From an uncultured Hormoscilla sp. (lineage in GTDB: Bacteria > Cyanobacteriota > Cyanobacteriia > Cyanobacteriales > Desertifilaceae), in contig OZ001293.3 in the NCBI GenBank assembly GCA_963921275.4, forward strand, positions 672,001-736,000: a stretch of 64,000 nucleotides of DNA, written 5' to 3'. The notes under the pieces were generated by a model, which worked only from the letters and a program-made list of their open reading frames with translations, did no database searches and had not been told where the DNA came from. This document shows positions 13,394 to 28,564 of this stretch, piece after piece. Within the stretch, counting starts at the first letter, position 1; the number at the start of each line of letters is the position of its first letter. Both the position numbers and the translations under genes were made by a program.

Positions 13394-13418
13394 ATATCTG
13401 ACTAGATCGCCATCTCTA

Positions 13419-13664
13419 TTAAATTATGACATGTTCCTTTAGAATTAGATAGACTGCGTCGGAAATTGAAGCCACCCAAGAGTTAGTTAAACGCGACTCT
13501 ACTTGGTTTTTTATCAAATGAATCAACATCCTGACCAGAAATGATTCGATATTTCGCAAAATTGCTTGTTTACTCATTCCCTCTAGCTCATCTACGATCG
13601 CCAAAGCGTCTTGATAGCGTTCCTCCAGGATGCTATTTCTTAGATCGATGAGTTCCTGCGTCAT
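13419..13664 (-). pseudogene. DUF29 family protein, truncated
   Basis: MTQELIDLRNSILE..ELEGMSKQAILRNIESFL..HLIK..RLTNSW. Confidence 0.75.
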
Positions 13665-13684
13665 AAATCTTGCCGGGTGCATCC

Positions 13685-14120
13685 CGTTTTTGCTCTACCA
13701 CGCCCTGGGAATGAGGGCACGAGGGTCTGTATCCCAAGACAAATGGAGCACATTAGAGGCAGAGCCTCTAGAATCTCATTCCCAGTCTCAGACTGGGAAC
13801 GAGGGTCCGTGTCCCCAGACAAATATCTCGTTCCCAGTCTCTGGCTGTGTCCCCCGATCGCTCGATGTCTCTCGGGAGCGCTAGTCGCACAAAAGAGGAG
13901 ACATCGTACTCGCACAAAAGGGGGGACATAGGGCAGGGAACGGTCTCCAGAGGCTCTGCCTCCTGTCAAGGCGCGAGATAACTTAGATATCTCGTATCTC
14001 GTTCCCAGTCTCTGGCTGTATCCCCCGGTCGCTAGTCGCACAAAAGAGGAGACATCGTACTCGCACAAAAGGGGGGACACAGGGCAAGGAATGGTCCCCA
14101 GAGGCTCTGCCTCCTGTTAA
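13685..14120. repeat. Cluster of REP-like repeats (GGCAGAGCCTC..TTCCCAG..CTGGGAACGAG) mixed with GACATC palindrome modules
   Basis: Repeated motifs also at 31060-31175 and 57655-57790. Confidence 0.7.
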
Positions 14121-14126
14121 GACGCT

Positions 14127-14667
14127 AATCAAAAATCATAAATGTTATCGCATTTATGAAGCTTCCAAAGCCTTCTTTCCTTTTTCCTCTTGCCATTCTT
14201 TAGCAATCTGTGCCACTTCCTCGATTTCCTCAAAATCAACCCGCATTACAGCCTTTTCAACTTCCACACTCGAAGCCGTGCTGACTTCAAGAATTTCTAC
14301 AAAACTGGCACATTGATAATCTGTATCTTCATACTCCTTAACCCGCTGTGACTCAATTACTAGTCTCTCGGATAATTCTTGCTGGCTAATTTTGGCCGCC
14401 TTTAATTAAAACCCATGGCAGGTGAGTTAGACTGTCAACTTCGATTTGTAAATCCTGCTTTTGGTCACAATCTCTTAGTCTTTCATATTCGGCAATTTCA
14501 TATTTGAACTCGTCAACTTGACGCTGATACGAGTTTCGATACATTTGCCAGCGCGTTGGGTCATTAGCTTTCAACACTTCATCGCTATCCAATTTAGCTA
14601 CTGTCTGTTCAAACCGCTGCAACCAATCTAATGTGTTCTGATATTCTTGCTCATTTTTGATCGTCAT
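14127..14667 (-). pseudogene. HTH antitoxin-like gene partnered with the DUF6932-like gene, frameshifted
   Basis: MTIKNEQEYQNT.. followed in another frame by YEDTDYQCASFVEILEVS. Confidence 0.6.
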
Positions 14668-14746
14668 AATTACCGCCTCTGTAAATCTATAGCAATGATT
14701 CCTTTGCGTGTATTGGTCCTACTATCGATTAAACTAAGCCAGGGAG

Positions 14747-17305
<2,559 letters not shown>

Positions 17306-18184
17306 GACTTTACTCTTGACATTACCGTGAGGGCGTCAGCGTATCCTACCCATTACAGATAGGCGTTTGCTTCTCCACGAAATCTCTCCCAGGTATGACC
17401 TGCCCTAATGGAAGGCAGCTATTGCGTCTTTGGTGACTACTCTATCCATCGACCGGTGATAGAGAGTCCATACCTGGTTTACTTCGTTCCTATAGATGAT
17501 TGGTCGTAGTTTTAGGTGGATTCCACCACGCCAGTTTTTTTGTCGGTGCTTGTTGGTCGGTCAACTACCCGCCAACGACCAGTATCCTATCCCTTTTGGG
17601 CCAGTGTGTCAGCCTTATTTCACTGGTTACTGTTGACGACGCTTCAAATCTTCACTTTATGTTCACCATCACTACTTGCTTGGCGATAACCGGTTTGGGC
17701 TACCAGTCATTGCGCCTTTTACTCCCGCTTTACGGATTGATGCCATCTCTACCGTAGGGAGAATGCTGTCACTCCTGCACCTGGAGGGGTGGGCTTTCAC
17801 CACCATCATCTATAAGTTGTCTAGGCTAATGGAACCTAGCTAGTGGTCCCCCATCGGTTATTCACCGGTGGTTTACACTAAACGAATCGCACAATTGAAA
17901 AAAGTCTATGTAAGGATTACCAGCTTCATCAGCAGGGTAAGATGCTGGGAAAATATCACCCCCATATATATTTCTTTGATCGTTACGACCTATTGCCAAA
18001 TTATATAAAACAGTATCGACGGACTTCACATATTCTAAAGGAACCCCATCGTCTTCCCAACAAGCATCGTAGTCTTCTGGTTTTACTTTACTGGTGACAA
18101 AACTGCCATCAATATAAATAATTCTACAGCCTGCCGCTTTTAACTTCGTCATTGCCCGTGACAAGCTTTTTATCAGGCGCTGTC

Positions 18185-18998
18185 TAGGGTGTTCACTCTG
18201 GGGCTTGAGCTGGTGGATGGAGTTCATGCATAATCTGTGTCAGGATGTTACCGGCCCCATGATACAAGGATCCCTTAGCTCAATCGAGCGTCTGGTCAAA
18301 AAATTCGGCGCCAAGCCACGATCTTTGGAAACCCTGGGCTATAGAGTTGCAAAAGAAACTCATGGCCCAGGGCCCAAGAGATTCGGATTCGAGATGAGCG
18401 AGAAAAGTCGAGAGCGAGTGTAACGCCGGGCCAAAATTGCCGAACAAATCATTCGAGAGTACCGCACAGCCGAAAAAAATCAAGCCATGCAACTGTCCGA
18501 CAAGCCAGATGCCGTTCCCCAGACGGCTGCCAGCGAGGTTGGCTCTGGAGATAATGAGCCAAGTCAGTGTTCTGCTGCACGAGGCCATCACTATGGTGTG
18601 TTTATTATTCACTTAGCGGTAGCATTCGTGGTCTCAAGCTTGAACAGTTATATCGAGCAAGAAACGACTTCGCTGCCAGCAGCCTTGCTGGGGTCTTCCG
18701 ATATCATTGAGTCTGTTTTTGGCAAATATAAGCTCTTCGAGCGCCAAGTCACCGCTCAAACATATGGGCCACTTGATGAGAGATGCTTCGGGCCCCCTCC
18801 TTACCGCTAAGCTGACGAGTGAGCTGAGCGAGCGCAGCCCTGGAAACGGTCCCATTTACTGCGGTTTCCGATTGGTATCGCTCTGTCTTTGGCCTCTCTG
18901 CCGCGGGCATTGCGTCGAGCTGTTTTTCAGGGGGCTAGGCAAGACACAGAATATGCATGAACTTTTAGGGGGAAAATTCCCCCAAAGTGAACACCATA
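18185..18998 (+). mobile_element. Internally deleted IS of uncertain family
   Basis: TIRs TA(G/T)GGTGTTCACT(C/T)TGGGG; duplicated target GGCGCTGTC; transposase fragment SSDIIESVFGKYK. Confidence 0.7.
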
Positions 18999-19380
18999 GG
19001 CGCTGTCTAGTAGATTGTCAAGGAATAATTGATGGGTAAAGCCGTTTAAGTTTGATGGGAGCATCTTCGGTGGTAAATTGCCAGTCAATTCTGCTATGTT
19101 GAGCATTTCTGCGCGACTCCCAAGCACTCACTTCTCGTTTCAAGCTCTCAATGTCGGGAATGGGACGGTCTAGACACTGACGAGTTAAGACACTCAGTTC
19201 AATTTCTGCCATGTTGAGCCAACTACCATGTTTAGGGGTATAATGGATTTCTAACAAGAGCGAGAATCCGTTTTGCTTCAGTAGGAGGAAAAGTTGCATA
19301 TAAAGCAGAGGGAGTGTGGATGGAGAGGTGGTCATGAATGACTATAATTATCTCAGCTGATGGATAGCATACATCTACTA

Positions 19381-20261
19381 GGGCGTGTCATCAGTTAAGC
19401 CAAACAACAGTAGCAGCCAGGTAGATAGCACCCAAGAAATTTTGAGCCGTCTTATCGTAACGGGTGGCATAGGCGCGATATTGCTTGAGTTTGGCAAAGA
19501 AATTCTCAATCTTATGACGGGCAATGCAAGAGATATTTGTCATAACGGCGTTGTTCTTTGCGATTGGATTTAGGCGGAATCACAGGTTCGCATTGCTGGG
19601 CTTCAAGACGTTTCAAAACCCGTTCGTCAGCATCATAAGCTTTGTCTGCGAGTAACGCATCAGCCTTAATATTATCAAGTAACAGATCAGCCCCTTCCAA
19701 ATCGTGAGCTTGACCGGCTGTTAAATGAAAATCCGTTGGGTTCCCCAATGCGTCACAGGTCGCATTAATTTTGGTACTCAAACCCCCTTTACTGCGCCCA
19801 ATGGCTTGGTCGCAATCCTTTTTTTTTGAGCACCTGCACTATGTTGATGAGCCCTTACAATCGTGGCATCAATCATCGCATATTCGTTATCGGCATCCTC
19901 CGCCAGTACCTTGAATACTCGTTCCCATACCCCTGATTTTGACCACCTACTATGGCGCGTATGAATTACCCGAAAGTCCCCAAATCGCAGGTATCCCAGC
20001 TCTATACCGATACAAGACTAATCGACAAATAAGCGGTTATCTTTAGCTGTCCCCCCCACATAACCCTCCCGACCTGGCAATAGGTCCTTGATTCTCTCCC
20101 ACTGGTCATCTCTTAAAGCATAGCGACGCATTTCTTCAAATTCTCCTGCTCTAACTTTTACCTTTTTATATCACACCGATATATCCTGGTTGTCAACTCA
20201 ATCATCTTGTTATATATTTTTGGTAGGAACCCCGGTCATTAATCTAACTGATGACACGCCC
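19381..20261 (-). mobile_element. IS5 family (IS427-like) element, degraded transposase
   Basis: TIRs GGGCGTGTCATCAGTTA; TA flanks; [28 protein letters not shown]-run at the orfA/orfB junction. Confidence 0.88.
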
Positions 20262-20373
20262 TAAATATTTCATTTGATGAGAATAATCTTGTTTAGTACG
20301 ACCCTCGGTAACTTCTACATGTCGCCATCCGCCCAAGGGTTCAGAGAATATGAAGATATCACAAACGCCATTT

Positions 20374-21206
20374 ATTAAACTAAGCCAGGGAGTTACCTCT
20401 CCGACTCGTCTTCAAAACCGGACGATCTGCTTTTCACCTCATCCGGCTCCTCAGTAATGCCACCCTTGTCATGGGTACGGCCACTACCATCACTGGCAGT
20501 CTTTATCTGCCGCTCTGTAAATTCTCAGAAGCAACTTAAAGACTACCCGTTCCAGCTTCCGCCAGGGGATACCCTTCCATTCATTCATCGATGTATCCAT
20601 CGTGCTTATGACGTATAGATTGCTACTTACAACTCTACTTTTGACATTACCGTGAGGGCGTCGGCGTATCCTACCCATTACAGATAGGCGTTTGCTTCTC
20701 CACGAAATCTTTCCCAAGTATGACCTGCCTGATGAGAGCAGATGTTACGGTGGCTACTCTACCTATCGACCGGTGGTAGAGAGTACATACCTGGTTTACT
20801 TCGTTCCTACAGACGATTGGTCATAGTTTTAGATGGATTCTATATGCCGGGTTTATTGTCAGTGCTTATTGGTCGGGAAACGAACTGCCAACGACTTGTA
20901 TCCTGTCCCTTTTTGGGCCAGCGTTTCAGCCTTTTCGCTGGTTCTAGATAACGACATTTATGAATCTTCGCTTTCGCTCATCATGACTACTTGCTCGACG
21001 ATAACCGGTAAGGGCTACCAGTTAGGGCGCCTTTTATTCCCGCTTTACGGATTGATGCCATCTCTACCGTAGGGAATATGCTGTCACTCCTGCACCTGGA
21101 GGGGTGGACTTTCACCACCATCATCTGTAAGTTGTCAGGGCTAATGGAACCCTGCTAGTGGTCTCCCAACCGGTTTCACCGGTGGTTTACACTAAACGAA
21201 TCGCAC
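20374..21206 (-). mobile_element. Group II intron of the RT-type lineage with almost the entire ORF deleted
   Basis: Same termini as 14728-17892; MNEWKGIPWRKLE..YRAA fused to the last ORF codons (HDKGGITEEPDEVK); removal restores IS630 R|NG. Confidence 0.9.
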
Positions 21207-22151
21207 CGAATCATTCGTAGTCATAGCGTCGGGGTTGACCTGGTAAGGATGGAAGGGGGATTTTGGTTTCACTTACTAACTGCTTACTTGTCTCGTCAAA
21301 ACAAACCACTGGATAATTTGGCTCGCCAAGGCACGAGTATAAAGGCTTAACACATCTTCCATATGGTAAACAAACTCGGCATTTTATTTAGGTGGAATTA
21401 CTCAACACTCCTGTAACCAAGGCTTTAGTTCATTTTTTTTTAAGGTTTGACCCACGGTTTCATGGGAAATACTCTCGACATACCCCAACTCAACCATGGG
21501 ATCTGCCAACAGCCTCAATGTCCATAAACCTTCGGTGTCTCCTGGGTAGTGCTTAAGGCGCTCCTAGGAGACACCGCGGCCTTCGGGAGGTTCTCCACAG
21601 GCCAGGGCAATTAAGTGAGCTTCTTGTTCCCCATCTAGTAAACGAGGTTTGGTACGAGTGGGCGATTGACGGGACAACGCCGCTAATAGACCTTCTTCTA
21701 CAAAACGCTTAGCTTATCGTTCAATGGTCGAAACGCTGATATCTAAAGCTTTATTAATCTCCAAGTCACTCCAACCTCCGGCTTCATTGTTAATATCAGC
21801 TTTTAGCAGAATTCGAGCATGGTTTACCTTGTAAGCGGCTGTTTTACCTCTCTTAGTCAGCCTTTCTAGGGCTTCCCATTCCTCCGTAGTTAGAGCAACA
21901 ACGTATTTTTTCTTAGGCATAATTCATAATTACCAGTGACATATGCCTTCTATTCTAGCTCAATCTATCCATCAATTCAAAAATGACAGACCACTAGTAA
22001 AAGTTGTAGCAAATCTCTCGTTAAATTACTCCCATTCGCAAAAATGAATTCTTGGTGGTAGATTGCCGTTTTCATCTAATTCTGGTATCACTACTTCACA
22101 CCTGCGCCATTTGCCTTTAACTGACTTTACTCATTAACCTTTCAACTCAAT

Positions 22152-22480
22152 ACCATTATACTGCATTAATCCCCTGCTTGTGCGAGCGCCCACACCTCGG
22201 CACTGTCAATTCTAGCATGTTACCCAACCAAGAGCTACATTTTAGTTTGGTTTCCTTCCGTCTACCCCACAGAAGGACTACATTAGCCCGGCCCTATACC
22301 ATTATACAGCAGAAACCGCCTGTCCATACTTCCAAGTGCGATCTCCCACACCTCGGCACTGTCAATTGTAGCACCTTACCCAACCAATAGCTACATTTTC
22401 GTTAAGTTTCGTGAAGTCTAGCCCACAGAAGGACTAAATTAGCGGGATTCCATTATACTGCATCAATCCCCTGTCCATAG
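22152..22480. repeat. Tandem ~140-bp degenerate repeat units (CATTATAC..CACACCTCGGCACTGTCAAT..CCCACAGAAGGACTA)
   Basis: Units repeated here and again at 25923-26300. Confidence 0.7.
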
Positions 22481-22789
22481 GGGTATGGTAAAAACCAGTT
22501 GGGTTTTGAAAAGTTCGGGGGGCCACGCGATCGCGCCCCACCCTCGCGACTATACCAAAAATTTTTCACTAATTATACCCCTGATCGCTCTTTTTTTTCT
22601 TACCTGCGCGAGTGCCATTATACTGTCTCAATTCCTGTTATTTTGCAATTAAAACTCCCGAATTCATACCAGATAATGCTTTCAAATTTTTCTGAAACTT
22701 TTTTTTAATTTTTTGGCCAAAATCCTTGACAATGACAAAATAAATCTGCTATCTTAAAAAAGTGAATTTGAAATAAATATAGAACTCCA

Positions 22790-22990
22790 ATGTCAAATAC
22801 GCAAACATCAACTAACCGCGAAAAGCACTCTGTAAAAATCATCATTGTTGGCGTACCCAAGGCTGTGATACGCGCGATTAATATTCTGCATGTGCTCAAA
22901 TTTGCTAAGGCCGGTGACTGGCTATAAGTTAAGCGGACTCTGGTTCCTGAAGAACTGATGATGGTCATCACTCTCGACTTTATGCTGTAA
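22790..22990 (+). pseudogene. Small cyanobacterial hypothetical protein with internal stop
   Basis: KIIIVGVPKAVIRAINILHVLKFAKAGDW* resembles a known small-protein family; upstream TTGACA..TATCTT, downstream GC hairpin. Confidence 0.45.
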
Positions 22991-23499
22991 ACCCCACGGC
23001 CCCCTTAGGGGGGCTATTTATAACTGCTAATCGCCGGTTAATTGCTGGCCAAAATCGGGCATTTGGAGACTCTTTTTCTAACCGGTTGCTTGGCGCGGCA
23101 AATATTTTATAGCGCGCGGATATGGCAGGCGATCTGGTTTCATTTCTGCTGATAAAAAAGCCCGGTTTCTACGTAGAAACCGGGCTTTTTTATCTTTTGG
23201 AGACTTATCTTGGTTATTGGTATGCAATTCGCGATCGCATTCGGAACGGACAGGACATTTGCCCGATCGCATTTTCTGGGCAGGATATTCGCGGGAGCAT
23301 ACGGACGGTATATTTGCGCGATCGCACGGACATAATATGGGAGATGCAGATGTTTTAGAGGTACCGGAGTTACTGCCGGGGTAGGAATTATCTGTTGTTA
23401 ATGTGTGTGTACCAGAGTTTGAATAAAAAGAGCGATCCTGTTGCGCAAAAGTATGCTAAGCTATTGGAGTGGGAGTAAAAGTGCGACTGGAGGAAAAAG

Positions 23500-24165
23500 A
23501 TGATACAAGCAGTTAGCGAGGAAGAAAGCATTTTAGAACAAGCAAACCTTAAGCCCTCAACAGCAGCAGTCCGTTCTGGTAATAATTTAGTTTTTGCAGA
23601 GTCAAAATCAAAAGATAGAATATCCGACTGTTGAGGATAAACCGATATCTGCTTATGAAGCGGCTAAACAGTGGGTAGGATGTGTCGATAGTGGCATTGG
23701 CGATCTGTCTTATAACAAAAAGTATCTTCAGGAATATTCAGCACCATGAAATCAAGAGTGATTGTAGATGCCAGTCCAGTGGTGGCGCTTATCGATAAAA
23801 GCGATCGCTTTCACCATTGGACAACAGAAATTTGGAAAACCCTTGCGATCCACTTGTTTACCTGTGAAGCAGTTATTTCAGAGACATGTTTTTTGCTGCA
23901 AAGAACTTATGGCGGACAGGATGGGGTAATTGATTTACTGAAAAGGGTATCCAAATTTAATTTAGCTTGAGTGAAGAGTTGGAAGCAGTTGGAAACTTGA
24001 TGCGAAAATACGAATCTGTGCCCATGGGGTTTTGCAGATGCTTGTTTGGTGCGAATGAGTGAGTCGAACGCAGGCAGTACTGTGTTAACATTAGATAGGG
24101 ATTTTCGCATTTACCGGAAAAATCGGACTGACCCGATCGATGTGATTATTCCATCCGAGTTATAA
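23500..24165 (+). pseudogene. Antitoxin (DUF2281-like) plus PIN toxin pair, both broken
   Basis: VGCVDSGIGDLSYNKKYL; VIVDASPVVALIDKSD; ADACLVRMSE..VLTLDRDFRIYR. Confidence 0.75.
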
Positions 24166-24236
24166 ATTATTGTGCGACCTATCGAAAGTATGCTAAGCTA
24201 TTGGAGTGGGAGTAAGAGTGTAACTGGAGGAAAAAG

Positions 24237-24518
24237 ATGATACAAGCAGTTAGCAAGGAACAAAGTATTTTAGAAAGCCTGCAAACCTTAACCCCTCAAC
24301 AGCAGCAGTCCGTTCTGGTAATAATTGAATTTTTGCAGTTGAAGACGCAAAAGCCGGAAATTCAGGAAACTGTAGAAAATGAGGACGAAGTTATTTCGAT
24401 GCTGGAAGCAGCAAAGGAGTTTGTCGGTTGTTTAGATAGCGGCCTAGGCGATCTGTCTATGAAAAAACAGGAGCTAAAGAAAGGATATAAGGCGATACGA
24501 TCGGAAAAGTTATCCTAG
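24237..24518 (+). CDS. DUF2281-like antitoxin (second tandem copy)
   Basis: LQTLTPQQQQSVL..FL; VGCLDSGLGDLS; same upstream sequence as the first copy. Confidence 0.65.
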   Translation: MIQAVSKEQSILESLQTLTPQQQQSVLVIIEFLQLKTQKPEIQETVENEDEVISMLEAAKEFVGCLDSGLGDLSMKKQELKKGYKAIRSEKLS

Positions 24519-24966
24519 ATACAGGACCCTGGCTAGCGGTTTTAGATAAAAGCGATCGCTACCATGATTGGGCAGTAAATCAATGGGGAAATATTACCAA
24601 ACCGGTGTTTCCGTGCGAAGCTGTTATTAGTGAGGCGTGTTTTGTCCTGAAAAATGTTTATGGGGGTGACGATGCAGTCATGGGTTTAGTGAGCGGTGTC
24701 TCCTCGGTAGTGCGAGTAGCGCTCCCAGGAGACACCGCGTCGAGGTTATATTGAGGTTCTTTTTCGTTTCAGCGATGAAGTGACTGTAGTGAGAGAGTTG
24801 ATGCCAAAATACAAATCTGTTCCCATGGGGTTTTGCAGATGCCTGTTTGGTGCGAATGAGTGAGTCGATCGCAGGCAGTACCGTGTTAACATTAGATCGG
24901 GATTTTCGCATTTACCAGAAAAATCGGACTGATGCGATCAATGTGATTATTCCATCGGAGTTATAA
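24490..24966 (+). pseudogene. PIN toxin (second copy) disrupted by a palindrome insertion
   Basis: VILDTGPWLAVLDKSD..; insertion 24694-24737; C-terminus near-identical to the first copy. Confidence 0.7.
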
Positions 24967-25295
24967 CCGAAATGAATAATACAATGTAAAAAAATAATGC
25001 TACAATTACTTCAACGTTATATTATTAGTCAGTTAAAACCGACTTTAGCTGTTAGCCGGGGGTTTGAACCCCCGGCGGGCTGACAGCGAAGTGAGAGAAC
25101 TTTCGCATCTAATTGTAGCTTTTCTCAGATAGATGAGGTACAGTGAATTACAGACATCACAAGGGTGGCATTGCACAATAACGGGATGATAAGCCTATTT
25201 GCAAAAGCTTGAAACATAGACTATAAGCCACTTTCAGCTATGTGCAAAAAAAGGTATCATCCCCCGTGCAACTCCTTTCTCCTCTTAAGGGATGA

Positions 25296-25691
25296 TTACT
25301 TAGCGATCGCCGAAACTTTTAGCGCCGCATTTGCTGGCATTGCTCTACCCAAGGGTTCTAGTTGTGATACGATCGGATCGAAGGCACAGTAGCAAACTAC
25401 AATTTCTCGCTTGGAACTATCAGGATAATTAGGGAAATATCTTTCCACGCGCGTAACAATCCAGTCTCCATCCCGAACATGAGTAGAACTGTCTGGAAAT
25501 CTCTCCGAAGCAAATTCCGCAATGTGTAAAAATTGCCGTAACCGATCGCCTACTTGAGGAATACTTCCCTTTTCAGTATAATCCAACTGTTCATCGAGGA
25601 TATCTGTTAATCCTCCCATAGGTAACTTGCGATTTTACCATCCAGGTTGTTCGGGTTCGGCATGAAAAATGATCCAGGTTTCACTGTTCAT
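25296..25691 (-). pseudogene. Cyanobacterial hypothetical protein with internal stop
   Basis: MNSETWIIFHAEPEQPGW*NRKLPMGGLTDIL.. in one frame. Confidence 0.55.
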
Positions 25692-25922
25692 GATAATTAT
25701 CCTCCATAAAACTTGTTTGTTCTCCTGCAAAGATACATTCTACTTTAAGAATGGGATCCCTTGTCCGTTCGACTCGAATTAGTTTTCATATGTTTAGTTG
25801 TGCCATTTTTTTGCATTGTTCGCGCATTGTTGCCGCGTGACGGTTTTCCCCTTTTTTCATTGACATAAGTTTATAGATATACTATCGCAAGGCATGCCCT
25901 GCGGGCGCTACGCTTTTACGTA

Positions 25923-26300
25923 TGGGTTTCCTTCTGTCTACCCCACAGAAGGACTACATTAGCCCGGCCCAATATCATTATACAGCATCAATCCCATCCG
26001 ATACTCCCAGGTGTGATCGGCCACACATCGGCACAGTCAATGTAGGTTGGGTTGAGGCACGAAACCCAACATTGAAGTATATTTATGTGGGGTTTCCTTC
26101 CGTCTACCCCACAGAAGGACTACATTAGCCCGGCCCAATAGCATTATACAGCATCAATCCCCTGTCCATACTACCTTGTGCGATCGGCCACACATCGGCA
26201 CTGTCATTGTGTCATTGGTCATTGTAGGTTGGATTGAGGCACGAAACCCAACAAAGAGCTACATTTTGGTTGGGTTTCCTTACGTCAACCCAACCTACGA
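25923..26300. repeat. BIME-like mosaic of ~140-bp units with REP palindromes GTAGGTTGGGTTGAGGCACGAAACCCAAC
   Basis: Direct inspection. Confidence 0.7.
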
Positions 26301-26331
26301 ATCGATCGCACTCATCAGGCGATCGCACTTC

Positions 26332-26676
26332 TCAGGTCAGGACGTTCTGAATCACGTTATCATCGACTACCAGGCTACTCGTGCCATCAGTGTAAGTGGT
26401 GAAACCGTCAGCGCTGTTAGAGCTGAAACCAGGCAAGTTGGCATTCACGGCATTCTCAGCAGTTCCCAGCACTGTTAAGCTGTTTTCCGAATCAGAGATA
26501 TTTTGCAAATCGCTGACTTCCAAGGTTAAGCTATTGCCCCCACCATTCAGGTCTAGGATCTCAATACCCCGGATGCGGGTATCGTCAATGGCGGTCAAGT
26601 CCAGATTAAACGTTCCATCTAGGCGCAGGGTATCTTCTCCACTACCGCCGATAATTTGGTCCAATAGTCCGGACAC
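26332..26676 (-). pseudogene. C-terminal fragment of a secreted RTX/Ca-binding protein
   Basis: GGSGEDTLRLDG..LDLT..IEILDLNGGGNSLTL. Confidence 0.65.
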
Positions 26677-27063
26677 TTTTGAGAAGAATTTTTATAATTC
26701 ACTATGTAACATATACAGTAATACCCCCCTGTTGTAGACAGCCAGTTGAAAAGGGAGTTTGTCTCCAAGCTATCCACCCTGTAGAGTGTCGTAGTAAACC
26801 AAATCTAAGAAGCACTCCTGGGATAATCTCGGAGAGTCTTTTCGCCTCACTGCTGGAAACAGCAGGCCATTTCTACAAACCCCCTTGCCAGTTTCTTGAC
26901 CATTGATAACCACCATTTTCGTGGCCATTAGGCATTGTCAACTACACTCTCCCCCTCTTCGGTACAGCCACTTGTCAACCTAGCGCAGCGCTCCGGAGCT
27001 TGTTGCGAGGCACGAAGCAATCTGCCGCTACGCTCCGGGGGCGCAGCCATGGGTACCTATCGC

Positions 27064-27867
27064 CGATGTCTCCTGTGTGCCGTCCATGTCCCCTGGGACA
27101 AGAGAACAAGCCGTATGGACCCTGGGACAAGAGCAAGGAGCAGAGATATCGAAAAGTAAGAAGTGCATCGGACCACAGAAAAGAAGGGGATGACGATGTC
27201 TCCTGTGTGCCGTCCGCGTATCGCGTATCCCGTAGCGTGGCCCAGCCATGGGTGGCCCAGCCATGGACCCTGGGACAAGAGCAAGGAGCAGAGATATCTT
27301 CGTCGCGGCTACAGGCTACGCTGGTAAGGTCGATAAAACCTTCCCCAGTCGCTTTCAGTTCCTTAAGACCCCCATTGGACGGCGTCGATGTCTCCTGTGT
27401 GCCGATAGCGCTGCGCTGGGGGCGCAGCCATGGACCCTGGGACAAGAGCAAGGAGCAGAGATATCGAACAGCTTTATACAGCGGTGGTGTGGTCTGTGAG
27501 GATCCGATGTCTCCTGTGTGCCGTTCGCGTATCGCGTATCCCGTAGCGCGTATCGCGTATCCCGTAGCGCGTATCGCGTATCCCGTAGCGTGGCCCAGCC
27601 ATGGGTGGCGCAGCCATGGGTGGCGCAGCCATGGACCCTGGGACAAGAGCAAGGAGCAGAGATATCGAAGGCAGCGCTGCGCGCACTGCGCCCTTGTTCT
27701 TTCTTGAATTCATTTTCCGCGCAGGGGCGTCAGTTTACTGGGCTTGCCCTAGGAACGGCACCCTCACGACTAAGCAGGAGATTCCCATGTCGATGTCTCC
27801 TGTGTGCCGTATCCCTTGCGGGAGCGCAGCCATGGACCCTGGGACAAGAACAAGGAGCAGAGATATC
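27064..27867 (+). repeat. Array of five co-oriented modular elements CGATGTCTCCTGTGTGCCG-[variable]-CCCTGGGACAAGA..GCAGAGATATC
   Basis: Units 27064-27150, 27194-27298, 27386-27465, 27505-27666, 27791-27867 separated by unique DNA; solo copy at 31177-31231 (-). Confidence 0.88.
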
Positions 27868-28564
27868 TTTCACGGCCAGTCCGGAAAGCCAAAACAGCAA
27901 GACAACAGTCAAGGGCCAGCAACCTGTGTCCCTTAACAGGCATGAGATACTATCGTCTCATGCCTGTTAAGGGACACAGCCACCGAGTTGAGTTTCGAAT
28001 CTTGCCTCCTCTAAAGGCGCTTCACAGAGCATATGCATGAACTTATTTATTTCCTTGGCTCCTCCAAGGAAAGATTAAATCTCACAAAGATGTCTCCCCA
28101 CCAGTTGTGCTTTTAGCGCGCTGCCGAAACGTGGGTAGTGCTCAACCGCGCTCCCACGTTTCGGCAGCACCAGGAGACATCGAAGGAACTACCAGAACCT
28201 GCTTGCCTACGGGGCTATAGCCTCCTAATTTTGTCCGGAGTATTGTTATTTGTGATTATATTTTACCACAAATCCAGCCGTAGGGTGGGTAGCGCTACGC
28301 GCACTCCGTAAAAGGCGCAGCCATAACCCACCGCCCCACTGCCGACAAACATAATTCTCCGATCGGGTGTTTGCCGTCGGTCATCAATATGTTATGACCG
28401 GTGCATCTTACGCCCGCTCGCACCCCAACCCCCGATCGCAGTGGGCGATCGCGCGTTCTCCATTACATTTATTTTTTCTGTCATTGTTCGGGAAAAATGG
28501 TATAATAGTCACATAGGTAATCGGAAATATTTGTTGGGGCTCTACTAAAACTCACTTTTGAATT

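Larger units (their letters stand above)
19010..21994 (-). mobile_element. IS630 family element with nested IS5 and group II intron
   Basis: TA TSD in CTAG; MPKKKYVVALT.. N-terminus; HYTPKHGSWLNMAEIE C-terminus. Confidence 0.88.

Noticed and set aside
23153..23190. Rho-independent terminator
   Set aside because: Member of the dispersed GAAACCGGGTTTC palindrome family (also ~92-150 and ~5690-5722), with no clear upstream gene.
27064..27867. CRISPR array
   Set aside because: Repeat units are 80-160 bp and variable, gaps are irregular, a solo unit occurs at 31177, and no cas genes are in the window.
26935..28040. Many overlapping 60-235 aa ORFs
   Set aside because: Artefacts of GC-rich repeats that are open in several frames.
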